Shown in pieces: positions 26,895 to 36,811 of a stretch of DNA of 64,000 bases. Position 1 is the first letter of the stretch; each line of letters opens with the position of its first letter. Both the position numbers and the translations under genes were made by a program. The DNA is taken from the IMG/VR virus record IMGVR_UViG_3300035698_022475, positions 1 through 64,000 of that record. The stretch is one strand, 5' to 3'. Source of the stretch: a virus. Below the pieces are notes generated by a model, which saw nothing but the letters and a program-made list of their open reading frames with translations, was not told the origin of the DNA and ran no database searches.

Positions 26895-29549
26895 ATGCTC
26901 AAAATCACACGTCACCATACTACAGAAAACGCAAATCCCTTCGACGGTGTCGATTGGATACGCGCCGATGTCAAAATGGTGGACCTAGAAGGAACCACGA
27001 CTTACGAACTTCGTAACGGAGAATTCCCGGCAAGCTGGTCTGAAATATCCCGCAACATCGTAGCTTCACGCTATTTCCGAGAGTCCCGAATCAAGGCCGA
27101 CAAAGAAGACAGCGTCCGAACTATGATTTCTCGAGTAGTCACCGAAATCGTCAAAGCAGGCACCGAACAAAAATACTTCACGGATAAAGATGCGGACATC
27201 TTCCGCGACGAACTCACTCACGTTCTTTTGAACCAGATGGCTTCCTTCAACAGCCCCGTTTGGTTCAACATGGGTGTCGAGGGGCTAGAAGAAAAGCCTC
27301 AGTGCTCTGCGTGCTTCATCAACTCAGCAGACGACAGCATGGAAAGCATTCTGGAACTCGGCACCAAAGAAGGCCTGATCTTCAAAGGGGGCTCCGGAAG
27401 CGGCACAAACCTCTCTCCGCTTCGCGCCTCCACAGAGTCCATTCGAGGAGGAGGCACCGCTTCTGGTCCCGTGTCCTTCATGTCCGCCTACGACGCAATC
27501 GCCAATGTCATCCTCAGCGGAGGACGTACGCGGCGAGCCGCACGCATGGTCCTTTTGGATATCGACCACCCTGACATCGAGAAGTTCATCTGGTGCAAAG
27601 CCGAAGAAGAGGACATCGTAGAAATACTCGCTGAAGCTGACATCCCTACGGACTACACGATTCCGGGAAATGCCTACTCACGAGTAAAGCATCAGAGCGG
27701 CAACAACAGTGTGCGGATTCCCGATGAATTCATGGAGCACGTCAAACACCACATCCAGTACGGAGAGGACGCCGACTGGAAACTTACTAATCGAAATGGT
27801 GGCGGCGTCGCACGGACGGTGTCTGTCAAGAAACTCTTCCGTCAACTCGCTGAGGCAGCTCACAAGTGTGGTGATCCCGGTGTTCAATTCCATGACACCA
27901 TCAACAAGTACAATACGTGCGCCAACGACGGAGACATCGTCGCCTCAAACCCGTGCTCAGAGTTCGTCTGGCATAACGATTCAGCGTGCAACCTGGCAAG
28001 CATCAACCTGCGGAAATTCGACAAAGGTAATCACGCCTTCGACACTAAGTCCTTCCGACATGTCATAAACCTGCTCGTCATCGCTCAGGACATCATAGTA
28101 GAAATGGGGAGCTACCCCACAAAAGAGATCGAGGACAACACACACAAGTACCGCCCGCTGGGATTAGGTTTCGCTAACCTGGGCGGTCTCCTGATGTCCT
28201 GGGGCTACCCTTACGACAGTCAAATAGGCCGAGAAATCGCCGCGTCCATTGCGGCACTCATGACGGGACAAGCGTACCTGACCAGCGCCGAGCTTGCACA
28301 GGACTTAGGAGCTTTTGACAGATTCGGGCCTAATCGAGGTCCTATGGAAGATGTCCTGGATCGCCACTACGCCCACACCCGTAAGCTTCCCAAAGACGAA
28401 GCAGGAATCCAATCCCAGGCTATTCGTGCTTGGCAAGAAGCCATGGGGCTGGGCTTTGGCCGCAAAAAGAAAGTAGAAGGCGAAGGGGCCGGGTTCCGGA
28501 ATTCTCAAGTAACTCTACTGGCTCCCACAGGAACTATCGCATTTATGATGGGCTGTGACACTACGGGCATCGAACCCGACTCAAGCCTGTCCAAATTGAA
28601 AACCATTGTAGGAGGTGGAAACATCTCTTATGAGAGCAACGCAGTCGAATCGGGGCTTCGCTACTTGGGCTACGGAGAAGAACAACAACAGGACCTTCTT
28701 GAATACGTAGCCGATTACGGCCACCTCGAGGGATCCCCTTTGAAGGCCGCACATCTACCCGTTTTCGATTGTGCTTTCCGACCCGATGGCGGAGAACGAA
28801 GCCTCTCGGTGGACGCGCACCTGGACATGGTAGCTGCAGTACAGCCATTCTTGTCGGGGGCCGTCTCCAAGACGTTTAACATGGACAACTCCGCTACTCC
28901 AAAGGACGTAGCTCGAACGCTCCTGAAGGCCTGGGAGAAACGGATCAAATGCGTCACTGTCTATCGCCGGGGTTCTAAAATGTCTGAGGTGATTCGCACC
29001 AAGGAAATCAAAGCCAAGAAGATTGTGCGAAACACCCCACGGCGCATGAAACTTCCGGATGACCTGGATGGCATCCCGCGCCATAAGTTCCGAGTGGGTA
29101 ATCACAAAGGATACCTGCACGTAGGTGTAGACCCCGAGGACCCCACGCGCCCGATAGAGGTGTTCTTCCGAATGTCGTCCATCGGGTCTACCGTGTCAGG
29201 CCTTTTGGACAGCTATGCCACGCTGCTCTCCATCGCACTGCAGTACAACATCCCTCTCGAAGAACTCGTCGAACACATGATCGGACCTAAGTTCCCGCCA
29301 CAGGGAATAACGTCCAACCCGAGAATACGGTCAGTGGATTCCGTTCTCGCGTACCTCTATCACTTCCTGCGCCTCAAATTCATCGATAACGAAGAGGTAA
29401 AGGAAACATCAAATTCAATCGTCCCCAGCGCTGACGACGGACATTCAATTGACGGAGAACCGTGTCCCCGCTGTGGTGGTCTACTGGAAAAAACTGGAAC
29501 TTGTGCCGCGTGCCGCTATTGTGGCTATAATGACGGTACGTGCTCATAG
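26895..29549 (+). CDS. nrdJ: class II (adenosylcobalamin-dependent) ribonucleotide reductase with C-terminal TSCPD-like domain and Zn ribbon
   Basis: 'FNSPVWFN', 'CSACFI', 'GGRTRRAA', 'SNPCSE', 'CNLASINL', 'APTGT', C-terminal CPRC..CRYC; GAGGAG RBS before ATG 26895. Confidence 0.92.
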   Translation: MLKITRHHTTENANPFDGVDWIRADVKMVDLEGTTTYELRNGEFPASWSEISRNIVASRYFRESRIKADKEDSVRTMISRVVTEIVKAGTEQKYFTDKDADIFRDELTHVLLNQMASFNSPVWFNMGVEGLEEKPQCSACFINSADDSMESILELGTKEGLIFKGGSGSGTNLSPLRASTESIRGGGTASGPVSFMSAYDAIANVILSGGRTRRAARMVLLDIDHPDIEKFIWCKAEEEDIVEILAEADIPTDYTIPGNAYSRVKHQSGNNSVRIPDEFMEHVKHHIQYGEDADWKLTNRNGGGVARTVSVKKLFRQLAEAAHKCGDPGVQFHDTINKYNTCANDGDIVASNPCSEFVWHNDSACNLASINLRKFDKGNHAFDTKSFRHVINLLVIAQDIIVEMGSYPTKEIEDNTHKYRPLGLGFANLGGLLMSWGYPYDSQIGREIAASIAALMTGQAYLTSAELAQDLGAFDRFGPNRGPMEDVLDRHYAHTRKLPKDEAGIQSQAIRAWQEAMGLGFGRKKKVEGEGAGFRNSQVTLLAPTGTIAFMMGCDTTGIEPDSSLSKLKTIVGGGNISYESNAVESGLRYLGYGEEQQQDLLEYVADYGHLEGSPLKAAHLPVFDCAFRPDGGERSLSVDAHLDMVAAVQPFLSGAVSKTFNMDNSATPKDVARTLLKAWEKRIKCVTVYRRGSKMSEVIRTKEIKAKKIVRNTPRRMKLPDDLDGIPRHKFRVGNHKGYLHVGVDPEDPTRPIEVFFRMSSIGSTVSGLLDSYATLLSIALQYNIPLEELVEHMIGPKFPPQGITSNPRIRSVDSVLAYLYHFLRLKFIDNEEVKETSNSIVPSADDGHSIDGEPCPRCGGLLEKTGTCAACRYCGYNDGTCS

Positions 29550-29557
29550 GAGGAAAC

Positions 29558-29758
29558 ATGGATACGTGTATTGTTGACGGCTGCAATAGGACCAATGGTC
29601 CCGAAGATATGGAAGTTTTCCATAAGGGTGAATCCCTCGGGTTCATCTGCGCAGCCCACATCGGTACGTCGAAGGCGTTGAAGCTCATCGTCTCGAAGAA
29701 GAAGACCGGGGACTTCCGCCTCATCGAAGCCGCGGACATCCCAGGACCCCTGGACTAG
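29558..29758 (+). CDS. small hypothetical protein
   Basis: AGGAGG RBS; C-x4-C..CxxH. Confidence 0.65.
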   Translation: MDTCIVDGCNRTNGPEDMEVFHKGESLGFICAAHIGTSKALKLIVSKKKTGDFRLIEAADIPGPLD

Positions 29759-30253
29759 ATGCCCCTCTCGGCTGCCATAACCCCGTTCGCCAAGAACCTG
29801 GTCGCTGCTGAAGAGCACGAACCCCCTGCTAGTTCTCCTGCGGAGGCTGCCCACCTGTTTGCGGATGCGTTCACATCGTACTTCGCAAACGCTATGGTGG
29901 GTGGCCTCCCGCTTATTCCGGGCGCTAATCTTTTGCCCCAAGCTGTTAAGGCACTTGAGGGAGGACTCACCGCCGCCTTCGCGCAACCCCAACTCGGCCC
30001 TGCGAGCGCGGCTCTGATGCAGCTCGCATTCGATGCCTACCTCAACGCTGCTCCCATATCGGCCATGTGGCCAATTGCCAGCGCAATCGTGCCACTCCCT
30101 TCAGGAACACTGATGGGGTTCATGTTGGTAGCCGGCTTAGGTGGAATCTTTCCAGAAAACCTGTCCACCAAGATCATGGTGGCAACAGGCATCACGACCT
30201 ACTTCAGCAGCATGCAAGTGATTGTGGGGAGTGCGACTCAGCCGATTCTTTAA
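29759..30253 (+). CDS. hypothetical hydrophobic protein (164 aa)
   Basis: directly follows the previous stop; Ala/Pro/Gly-rich. Confidence 0.6.
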   Translation: MPLSAAITPFAKNLVAAEEHEPPASSPAEAAHLFADAFTSYFANAMVGGLPLIPGANLLPQAVKALEGGLTAAFAQPQLGPASAALMQLAFDAYLNAAPISAMWPIASAIVPLPSGTLMGFMLVAGLGGIFPENLSTKIMVATGITTYFSSMQVIVGSATQPIL

Positions 30254-33200
30254 CGCTGTTGCGAGTACATAATACGATAAATGAGGCGCGTACCAGGTAC
30301 CGCAATTCCCCATAAATTAGTGCCGTCAAAGACTGCTCGCCCGAATGGAAGAGCTACGGGACTCGCGACTAATGTAAGCGCACGAAGAGTACTTAATCCT
30401 TTACGCCTGTCTGCCGCGGTAAGCGTCGGCTTATCCCATAAACACAATTCCGCAGCAGGAATCTTAATCAGGTTATTAGCATACGTAGGACCTACCGCGT
30501 TATACCGGTAACAGCCTGCCCAAATATTAATTCCATCGAAAGCTAATTCTAAGAGACCATCCAGGCCCGCAAGAAGATCGATTCCGTAATCATACGCATC
30601 GTCAACCCAGGGAACTACTGCAGGATCAACGGGGGTACCAACGCCTAATAACGTATTGGAAGGTCCAGGAACGCCAACAGGATTCAATAGATACCATATA
30701 TAGGTACCGTCAGTTGTTATAGAATGACAGTGGTGCTGTGCTGGAGAGGGATCCGTCGGAAGTGGCCATGCCGTAGTACCGACTCCCCACGCGTTAGCCA
30801 GGGTGGTATTGTGGTCTATGGCTCCAATGTACCCCAGTGTCGTGCCGTCCATGTAGGACACATAGATATTGGCCTGGTCGACAGCAATCCCGCCGTCAAA
30901 ATAACAATTTGGACTCGGGGGTGCTCCTCCTGTCGCAGTATTTACGTAACTACCTGCACCCGCAGTAAGGAGGAGCCCTATGGCACTATTGCCTGCAACA
31001 GTATCCTCACCTCCCCAAGCACATACGTATCTTTGATCCCCGGCATTTACACCTATCAAAGTAATAATTCGATTATGCGCCCCAGGAACTTTTCCGGTAT
31101 TAATATCGGTATAAGCACCGCTAAACAGATTAGCCGGGGTCTTCCAATAACGCACGACGCCGTTATCGTACATAATCGCAGCGCCGTGCGTATTTGCAGC
31201 TATCCCTAAAGCGGTTACACCTCCGCCATAAGACACATCATGCATTCCTATTAAGGCTCCGACAGCCGGCCCGTGGTGCAAATAAGTATACACTCGACTA
31301 GTTCCTGGAGCCCCAGAGTCATTAGCCAAAATACAGACCATCGGCTGTCCGTTGTAGGGGTGATCCGGACTCACATGGCCGTCTATCAAAGAAACTGCGA
31401 TATCTACAGCATCATCAGTAGGGGTCGGCAATTCCAGGTCATTGCCTCCTGAGTGTAGTTGTGCCATGCCAGTATTCAGGTACTGGGAAGACTTACCTCC
31501 AAACCTCAAATGCTGCTCTCGTGTTGCATCCCAGTACTGGGCAAAGGGAGTACGTGCTGCTAAATCGGCAGCGCTACCCCTGTAACGGTGGTTTCCTTCT
31601 ATAACCCAATCACCTGTGATGCGCCAGTCGCCAGGAACAAGCCAATCGCCAGAAACTGTCCAGTCTCCTGTGACATTTGTTTCGTCTGCATTGGCACTCG
31701 TCTTATTGTTAACGAAAATCTGTAGACCCAGCAGAACTCCACGCAGGTTGTTAGTAGGAATACTCCACTGATCCACACTCGCTCCTCCAGGAGTTGGCTC
31801 ATCATTCACACCAAGGAGTGCCGCTCCATCTGGAAGGGTCGCATTTGTCGCATACGCATCCATGATGTTGTAGAGTGCCGTCCATACGTCCGGAGAGAAA
31901 AATCCATACCATGTGTCAAACGGAACTCCTGTTACGACTCCCGGAATTGTGGCTCCGTCGAATCCCACATGTGAGGCTCCATCCGGGAGACCATGTCCCG
32001 CCATAGGGAAGTCCAAACGCCCCACGACACCGTCAATAGCTCCTTGGATATTTGTTGTAGGAATAGAGTAAAGGGGATTCAACGTAATGGTATCGTCAAT
32101 ACTGAGTGCCGCGGCGGCGCCGGTACCGAGAGCCGGATCGAAAATACCTATCAGATTGTCCCATGCTTCCTGGAACGTTGTCGCAGCCACACCGAGCCAC
32201 GCCTGATAAAGCGTGTCATCAAAGACGCCTCCGCCATAGATGAGGTCTAGTACGTACCCGTGGGCTCCAAAAGGCGTCGAGACCGGACTGAAGGGAAGCG
32301 AGCCGGCCACGACTGTACCGTCGATGAACAGGAGGTCATCTCCGATGCGCTTGCAGAGTGGAATCGCAATGGGGATACGGTCCGGATGCGTAGTAAGACT
32401 GGTAAGTTGTCCCGCTATGAGAACCGTGTTGAGGTTAGAAATACAGGACTGGCGGCGTCCGTCAGTACTGGCCGATTCTGTGATTTCGTCGTACCAGATA
32501 GCGAGGGTCTCGCCGTCGGCGAGAGGTGCTGCTGGAGGACCCGCAAAATAATTGGCCAGAGTGACAGGGTCAATGAGGTGCAGTTCGCGTTCGAACGTGG
32601 ACGCCATGGTAGCGTCAACTGGAAGAGGATTGATACCTGGAATCTGGGTTGCAGCATTTCCTCCTGTGGCATACTGAAAACCCGACGCCGGGAGTATTAG
32701 CGCCAAAGCCGCGGCTACCTGCCCTACAGTCGAAGTAGCGTCATTCTTGACGTAGATGGTCAAGATGTGGAGGGGGTCACCGGACAGTACTGCTTCAGCT
32801 CCAAGGGGAAGTGCCGCCGGGGCCATGGAATCATCCCAAATGACCTCGAGCCTATTAGCACCATTGTACGATCTCGTAACGGGGTCTGGAGATATCGTAA
32901 CAGAGCCTGTATTGATACTGTCGTCGAAGTTGTACACAAGGCTAGACTGAACGTCCGTGTTAGGCGTTGAGAGCGGCTGCACCACCATCTCAGCAGTAAT
33001 TGAGAAGGTTCCCGCAACAGGATCCCAGTCAATATACGGGATAGCACTTCCCACTGCCGAACCGTCGGGAGCACCTCCCGCAATCACCCAGCGCATGTCG
33101 GAATCTTGGAGGTATTTCTGGAGTTCTAACTCAGTACGGTCAACCTCGGTGCGGTGGCGGAGATTCTCTGCCGGACGGCGTAGTACTACTTGCCCAACAC

Positions 33201-33291
33201 GTTCCCCTGAAGTGATAGGCTCAATAGCCTCGATATCGTCTCGTTCGCCGGTATCGCCCGCATTTTCGTAAACGACTTCCTGCTTAGCCAT
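30250..33291 (-). CDS. tail fibre/baseplate-attached virion protein (1013 aa)
   Basis: follows the baseplate cluster; 'GDW.V' short repeats, beta-rich C-terminus ('FDG.N.W' repeats). Confidence 0.6.
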   Translation of the reverse strand: MAKQEVVYENAGDTGERDDIEAIEPITSGERVGQVVLRRPAENLRHRTEVDRTELELQKYLQDSDMRWVIAGGAPDGSAVGSAIPYIDWDPVAGTFSITAEMVVQPLSTPNTDVQSSLVYNFDDSINTGSVTISPDPVTRSYNGANRLEVIWDDSMAPAALPLGAEAVLSGDPLHILTIYVKNDATSTVGQVAAALALILPASGFQYATGGNAATQIPGINPLPVDATMASTFERELHLIDPVTLANYFAGPPAAPLADGETLAIWYDEITESASTDGRRQSCISNLNTVLIAGQLTSLTTHPDRIPIAIPLCKRIGDDLLFIDGTVVAGSLPFSPVSTPFGAHGYVLDLIYGGGVFDDTLYQAWLGVAATTFQEAWDNLIGIFDPALGTGAAAALSIDDTITLNPLYSIPTTNIQGAIDGVVGRLDFPMAGHGLPDGASHVGFDGATIPGVVTGVPFDTWYGFFSPDVWTALYNIMDAYATNATLPDGAALLGVNDEPTPGGASVDQWSIPTNNLRGVLLGLQIFVNNKTSANADETNVTGDWTVSGDWLVPGDWRITGDWVIEGNHRYRGSAADLAARTPFAQYWDATREQHLRFGGKSSQYLNTGMAQLHSGGNDLELPTPTDDAVDIAVSLIDGHVSPDHPYNGQPMVCILANDSGAPGTSRVYTYLHHGPAVGALIGMHDVSYGGGVTALGIAANTHGAAIMYDNGVVRYWKTPANLFSGAYTDINTGKVPGAHNRIITLIGVNAGDQRYVCAWGGEDTVAGNSAIGLLLTAGAGSYVNTATGGAPPSPNCYFDGGIAVDQANIYVSYMDGTTLGYIGAIDHNTTLANAWGVGTTAWPLPTDPSPAQHHCHSITTDGTYIWYLLNPVGVPGPSNTLLGVGTPVDPAVVPWVDDAYDYGIDLLAGLDGLLELAFDGINIWAGCYRYNAVGPTYANNLIKIPAAELCLWDKPTLTAADRRKGLSTLRALTLVASPVALPFGRAVFDGTNLWGIAVPGTRLIYRIMYSQQR

Positions 33292-33300
33292 TATCTTCTC

Positions 33301-33834
33301 CTACACTTGAACTGTAACGCCAAGCCGCCAGTCGTATGTGACAGCGGTGGTCGGTGTCTTCAAAAACGGAGGATGAACCTGCCGGGCATATAGCCTGGAA
33401 TCTGGGTCCGTAATAAGCCCCGTCTGTCCTTGAGTATAAAGTCCCGCCTCCGCAAGAGTGAACCCGTCCGCGGTGCCTGCAGGGATGAGTTTACTGATGA
33501 TCACCTCGAACAGCACGGGGTCTGTATAGATTTCGGCTGCCGCGGGGTCAATGTAGCTTCGGTAGACCTCTGCTAAGAGTGCGGTATCCGTGATTTGGGG
33601 AGGTGTACCATTAGTGCCGATGGCCAACTGTCCAATGGTATTGTAGTCCGGATTCGCCTGTCCTGGCGTACCCCCGGCCCATTGGTTGAGAAGCTCACAG
33701 ACAATCACACGCCCGATATTAGTAATCTGATTCTTTTTTTGCATACGCCGTATACGGCGCTGCTTCTTTACGTCGTAAAGCGTGACTGTCAACTCTCCGA
33801 AGAGTTGAAGGCGATCTTCTCTCACATTCTGCAT
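33301..33834 (-). CDS. baseplate/tail-fibre attachment protein
   Basis: 'ITNIGR..LAIGT..TDTAL..EVYR..LAEAGLY..YAR' pattern of tail-fibre attachment (DUF3751-like) domains; start uncertain (33834 or 33852). Confidence 0.65.
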   Translation of the reverse strand: MQNVREDRLQLFGELTVTLYDVKKQRRIRRMQKKNQITNIGRVIVCELLNQWAGGTPGQANPDYNTIGQLAIGTNGTPPQITDTALLAEVYRSYIDPAAAEIYTDPVLFEVIISKLIPAGTADGFTLAEAGLYTQGQTGLITDPDSRLYARQVHPPFLKTPTTAVTYDWRLGVTVQV

Positions 33835-33868
33835 GCAATCCTCACTTGTCACTTAACGTAACATACCC

Positions 33869-36808
33869 TTAGGGGTAAGTATACGGTACGCCCATGGGGT
33901 AGTTGATATCAATTTTCAGACTCAGTGCTCTGTCTACGTGCTCCGTGATGGTAGCAATACTTGGAGGAATATCCATGTCTTTGCGCACATAGCCGGGGTC
34001 AAGCCCGTCGACCATAATCGGAGTGAATCCAATTGTCGTATCGGGTACCGGGTAGTCCGCGATATTCGCTATTTCCATAACCAGCGCCGCATAATCGGTA
34101 CCTGCGGGCTGCGCATCCCACAACGTCAACGGAGTAATCGTCCAAGGAGAAGGTACCGCTGCCCTGGGGTTGTACACGAACTCGTAGTCGACCCCCTCCC
34201 GCACCGGCAGCCCTCCGATTGTGGCGTCCAGAGTTATCTTCACAATCCGCTGCTCAGGGGGTATCGGTCCCGGGGGAAGCGCCAAAGTCACAGGAGCCGA
34301 AACGGCCAATCCGTCCGGGACAATACCTGTGGCAACACCAGTGAAGTCCACCCACCGGTAGTAGTCGTCCACGCTCATGTACGTAGGAGAACTTCCAACT
34401 ACCAACTCGTTGCTGGACAGTTCGATGGTCTCCGCAGACCCGAACATCAGCGTAAGCATGATGCTCAAGATATCCGAAGGTACAATTCCGTCTTCGAAGG
34501 CATCATTGGGCTCCACGTAGGGGTACGTATACGATGGCTTTGCCACAAGCACGATGTCTTCCAGGTCTTCTTTAAACTGCGCATCCAGTTCAAGATCCAC
34601 GCTGAACTCTATGTAGAACATGTGGGCCTTCATGTAGCGGTCGAAGAGAATGAATCCCACCGAATGCCTGAAGGGAGAAGTAGCTAAATCCGTAGCGATA
34701 ACCCCATCATCATCCCCGTCCACGTAGAGGCCCGGATCATCAACCTGAGCCTGATCAGCAGGGTCAATGATGTTAGGAACCAGCCGATCAGAAGCGCGAC
34801 GACGCGCCAACGACGAGTCCCACAGGATCTGGGGAATAACCTTATTGTGCCACCAATTGGGGTCTTCAATGTAGTCCGCCACAATGAACGCGTCAGTAAG
34901 GACTTCAAAAGCACTGAACGTGAGAACTCCCACGTTATCAGGATCTGACAAATCATCCCGCATGGGTACGTTGTAGGGATACTTGTAGATGCGCTTGTCG
35001 GTAGTAACTACGCGCTCATAGTTGCGACTCAACACCCAGTCGAGACCGCCCTCAATGACGAGCCCATAAGACGTCTCTAGCTCCACAGTATTGGCATCAA
35101 CAACATTGAGAATCGTGAAGGCGCCCTTGTTTACGTCGTTGAGTGGGTTGAGGATGATGAGCTGACCCCCAACATCAAGTTCGGTAAAGGTGTGCGAGGG
35201 GGTACTGAATTGGTCCGCGGGCAGAATGGTCCCATCTCCGACTCCGGAATCGTCCACTCCGTCAAAGTAGCTTTGAAGAATCTCCGCATCATCCCGCACG
35301 AGAGGGTAACCTGCAGCTACGTTGAGGGCCGCTTCAATCCGTTGAAGAATAGGACCGCTCATATACAAGTACATGATGCCCCGGATGAATGCTCGATAGG
35401 TCTCAGACGACGCCTCGAAACGGTTCAGAAGAGAACCGAAGTTGTAGTAGAGCGTAAAGCGGTCCACCTGTACCTCGGGCACCCACAAGGAGAGCTGCTT
35501 TACCTTTCCCTCATCCTCTTCAGTAACTTCTCCGCTCGCCGAGAGCAAAACCTCTTGCCGATACTGGAAGTCACACCGGTTCACGGAAAGAAGGAAATCC
35601 CACTGAGTAGCCCCCAGCGCTGTAATAGTTATGGTACCGCGGAGATAATCGACAACGTAATCCTCTCCTTCTACAACGGCCACAGCTCCGTAGAGAGGAA
35701 GACGACGTCCAAATACTTTCACGCTACCCGGTATGATGTTTCTATACCCCAGGTCCGTGACGAAGGGCGCAACAATAGTCAGGGGGTGTCCGATGATATC
35801 CGGGTCAGCAACATCACGCACGATAGAGTAGACGAGGGGCATCTCGAGGTCTGTGGGGTAGGCGTCTTCGAGGTTACCTATCATCTTTTCATGGTCGAGA
35901 TAGTCGACCTCGTGATCCCGAGTAAATGAAGTGAAATAGATAGCCTTATGGCTTTCCCACGAAAATACTGAAGCACTCGTGGCCGTGGGGTGTGCATATG
36001 TCAATTCCAACTTAACGCGGCGGGAATTAATGATCTCTTTGATAATGTAACGTCCTCGATAGTCCTCAAGCCCCGGGGGAACCACGCCTACTGAGACCGT
36101 ATCGCCGACATCTGGACCCGGGGATCCAAACACCGCCGGCTCCAACAGATTCGCCTGAAAGAACAGCTCGGAACCTACATACTCAAACCGGGCGAGGGTG
36201 CCTGCCGCTAAACTTGTTCCTCGGTAGGCTAAAAGACGTAGGGTGTCCCCGGGGCGCACTGATGTGTTCCCGTACCAGTCATGGGGAACCCTGGCGTCCT
36301 TTAAATAATTGCCAATCTGAATATCCACGTAGCGCCATGCCACGCCAGGTGTGGGCATTGGCTCTCCATCGGAATCTACATACGTCCGGAAGATGTTCTC
36401 TAAAAACCTCGCGTACCCGTCATCATCCTCGACGTCGAAATTCACCCCACGCTCGTACACCGTGGAGGGATCGAAAATGGAGTTCTGGAGAAAATCACCA
36501 CTCACAGTATCTCCCGGCATGTCATAAACGAAACGGTCCTCGGCCACCGAAGCTCCTTGGGAGAATTGCAGCTCATTCTCTTTGATTGCAAAGAGCTTCC
36601 AGTATTCCTTATTGAATATAGGAACATCCACCACGCTGGTACCGAGCACCAACGAAAGAAAATCCAAATACACTTGCCCCAGGTAAACCTCGGATGCCTG
36701 GTAGTAAGCTTGCAAATCCTCGGTGTCACGGAAGAACTGCTGCCAAAAACCATTTAACGCATTGAAGAGCGTTGAGTTGTAGTCTCCCAGTTCTAGTGGG
36801 TGCGGCAT
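33869..36808 (-). CDS. baseplate wedge protein (979 aa)
   Basis: directly downstream of the J-like gene; 'YNFGSLL..YRAFIRGIM..GP', 'KPSYT'. Confidence 0.6.
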   Translation of the reverse strand: MPHPLELGDYNSTLFNALNGFWQQFFRDTEDLQAYYQASEVYLGQVYLDFLSLVLGTSVVDVPIFNKEYWKLFAIKENELQFSQGASVAEDRFVYDMPGDTVSGDFLQNSIFDPSTVYERGVNFDVEDDDGYARFLENIFRTYVDSDGEPMPTPGVAWRYVDIQIGNYLKDARVPHDWYGNTSVRPGDTLRLLAYRGTSLAAGTLARFEYVGSELFFQANLLEPAVFGSPGPDVGDTVSVGVVPPGLEDYRGRYIIKEIINSRRVKLELTYAHPTATSASVFSWESHKAIYFTSFTRDHEVDYLDHEKMIGNLEDAYPTDLEMPLVYSIVRDVADPDIIGHPLTIVAPFVTDLGYRNIIPGSVKVFGRRLPLYGAVAVVEGEDYVVDYLRGTITITALGATQWDFLLSVNRCDFQYRQEVLLSASGEVTEEDEGKVKQLSLWVPEVQVDRFTLYYNFGSLLNRFEASSETYRAFIRGIMYLYMSGPILQRIEAALNVAAGYPLVRDDAEILQSYFDGVDDSGVGDGTILPADQFSTPSHTFTELDVGGQLIILNPLNDVNKGAFTILNVVDANTVELETSYGLVIEGGLDWVLSRNYERVVTTDKRIYKYPYNVPMRDDLSDPDNVGVLTFSAFEVLTDAFIVADYIEDPNWWHNKVIPQILWDSSLARRRASDRLVPNIIDPADQAQVDDPGLYVDGDDDGVIATDLATSPFRHSVGFILFDRYMKAHMFYIEFSVDLELDAQFKEDLEDIVLVAKPSYTYPYVEPNDAFEDGIVPSDILSIMLTLMFGSAETIELSSNELVVGSSPTYMSVDDYYRWVDFTGVATGIVPDGLAVSAPVTLALPPGPIPPEQRIVKITLDATIGGLPVREGVDYEFVYNPRAAVPSPWTITPLTLWDAQPAGTDYAALVMEIANIADYPVPDTTIGFTPIMVDGLDPGYVRKDMDIPPSIATITEHVDRALSLKIDINYPMGVPYTYP

Positions 36809-36811
36809 TGA

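Noticed and set aside
26895-29549. Inteins or introns in nrdJ, polA or terL
   Set aside because: Protein lengths are ordinary and I saw no intein splice-junction or LAGLIDADG motifs
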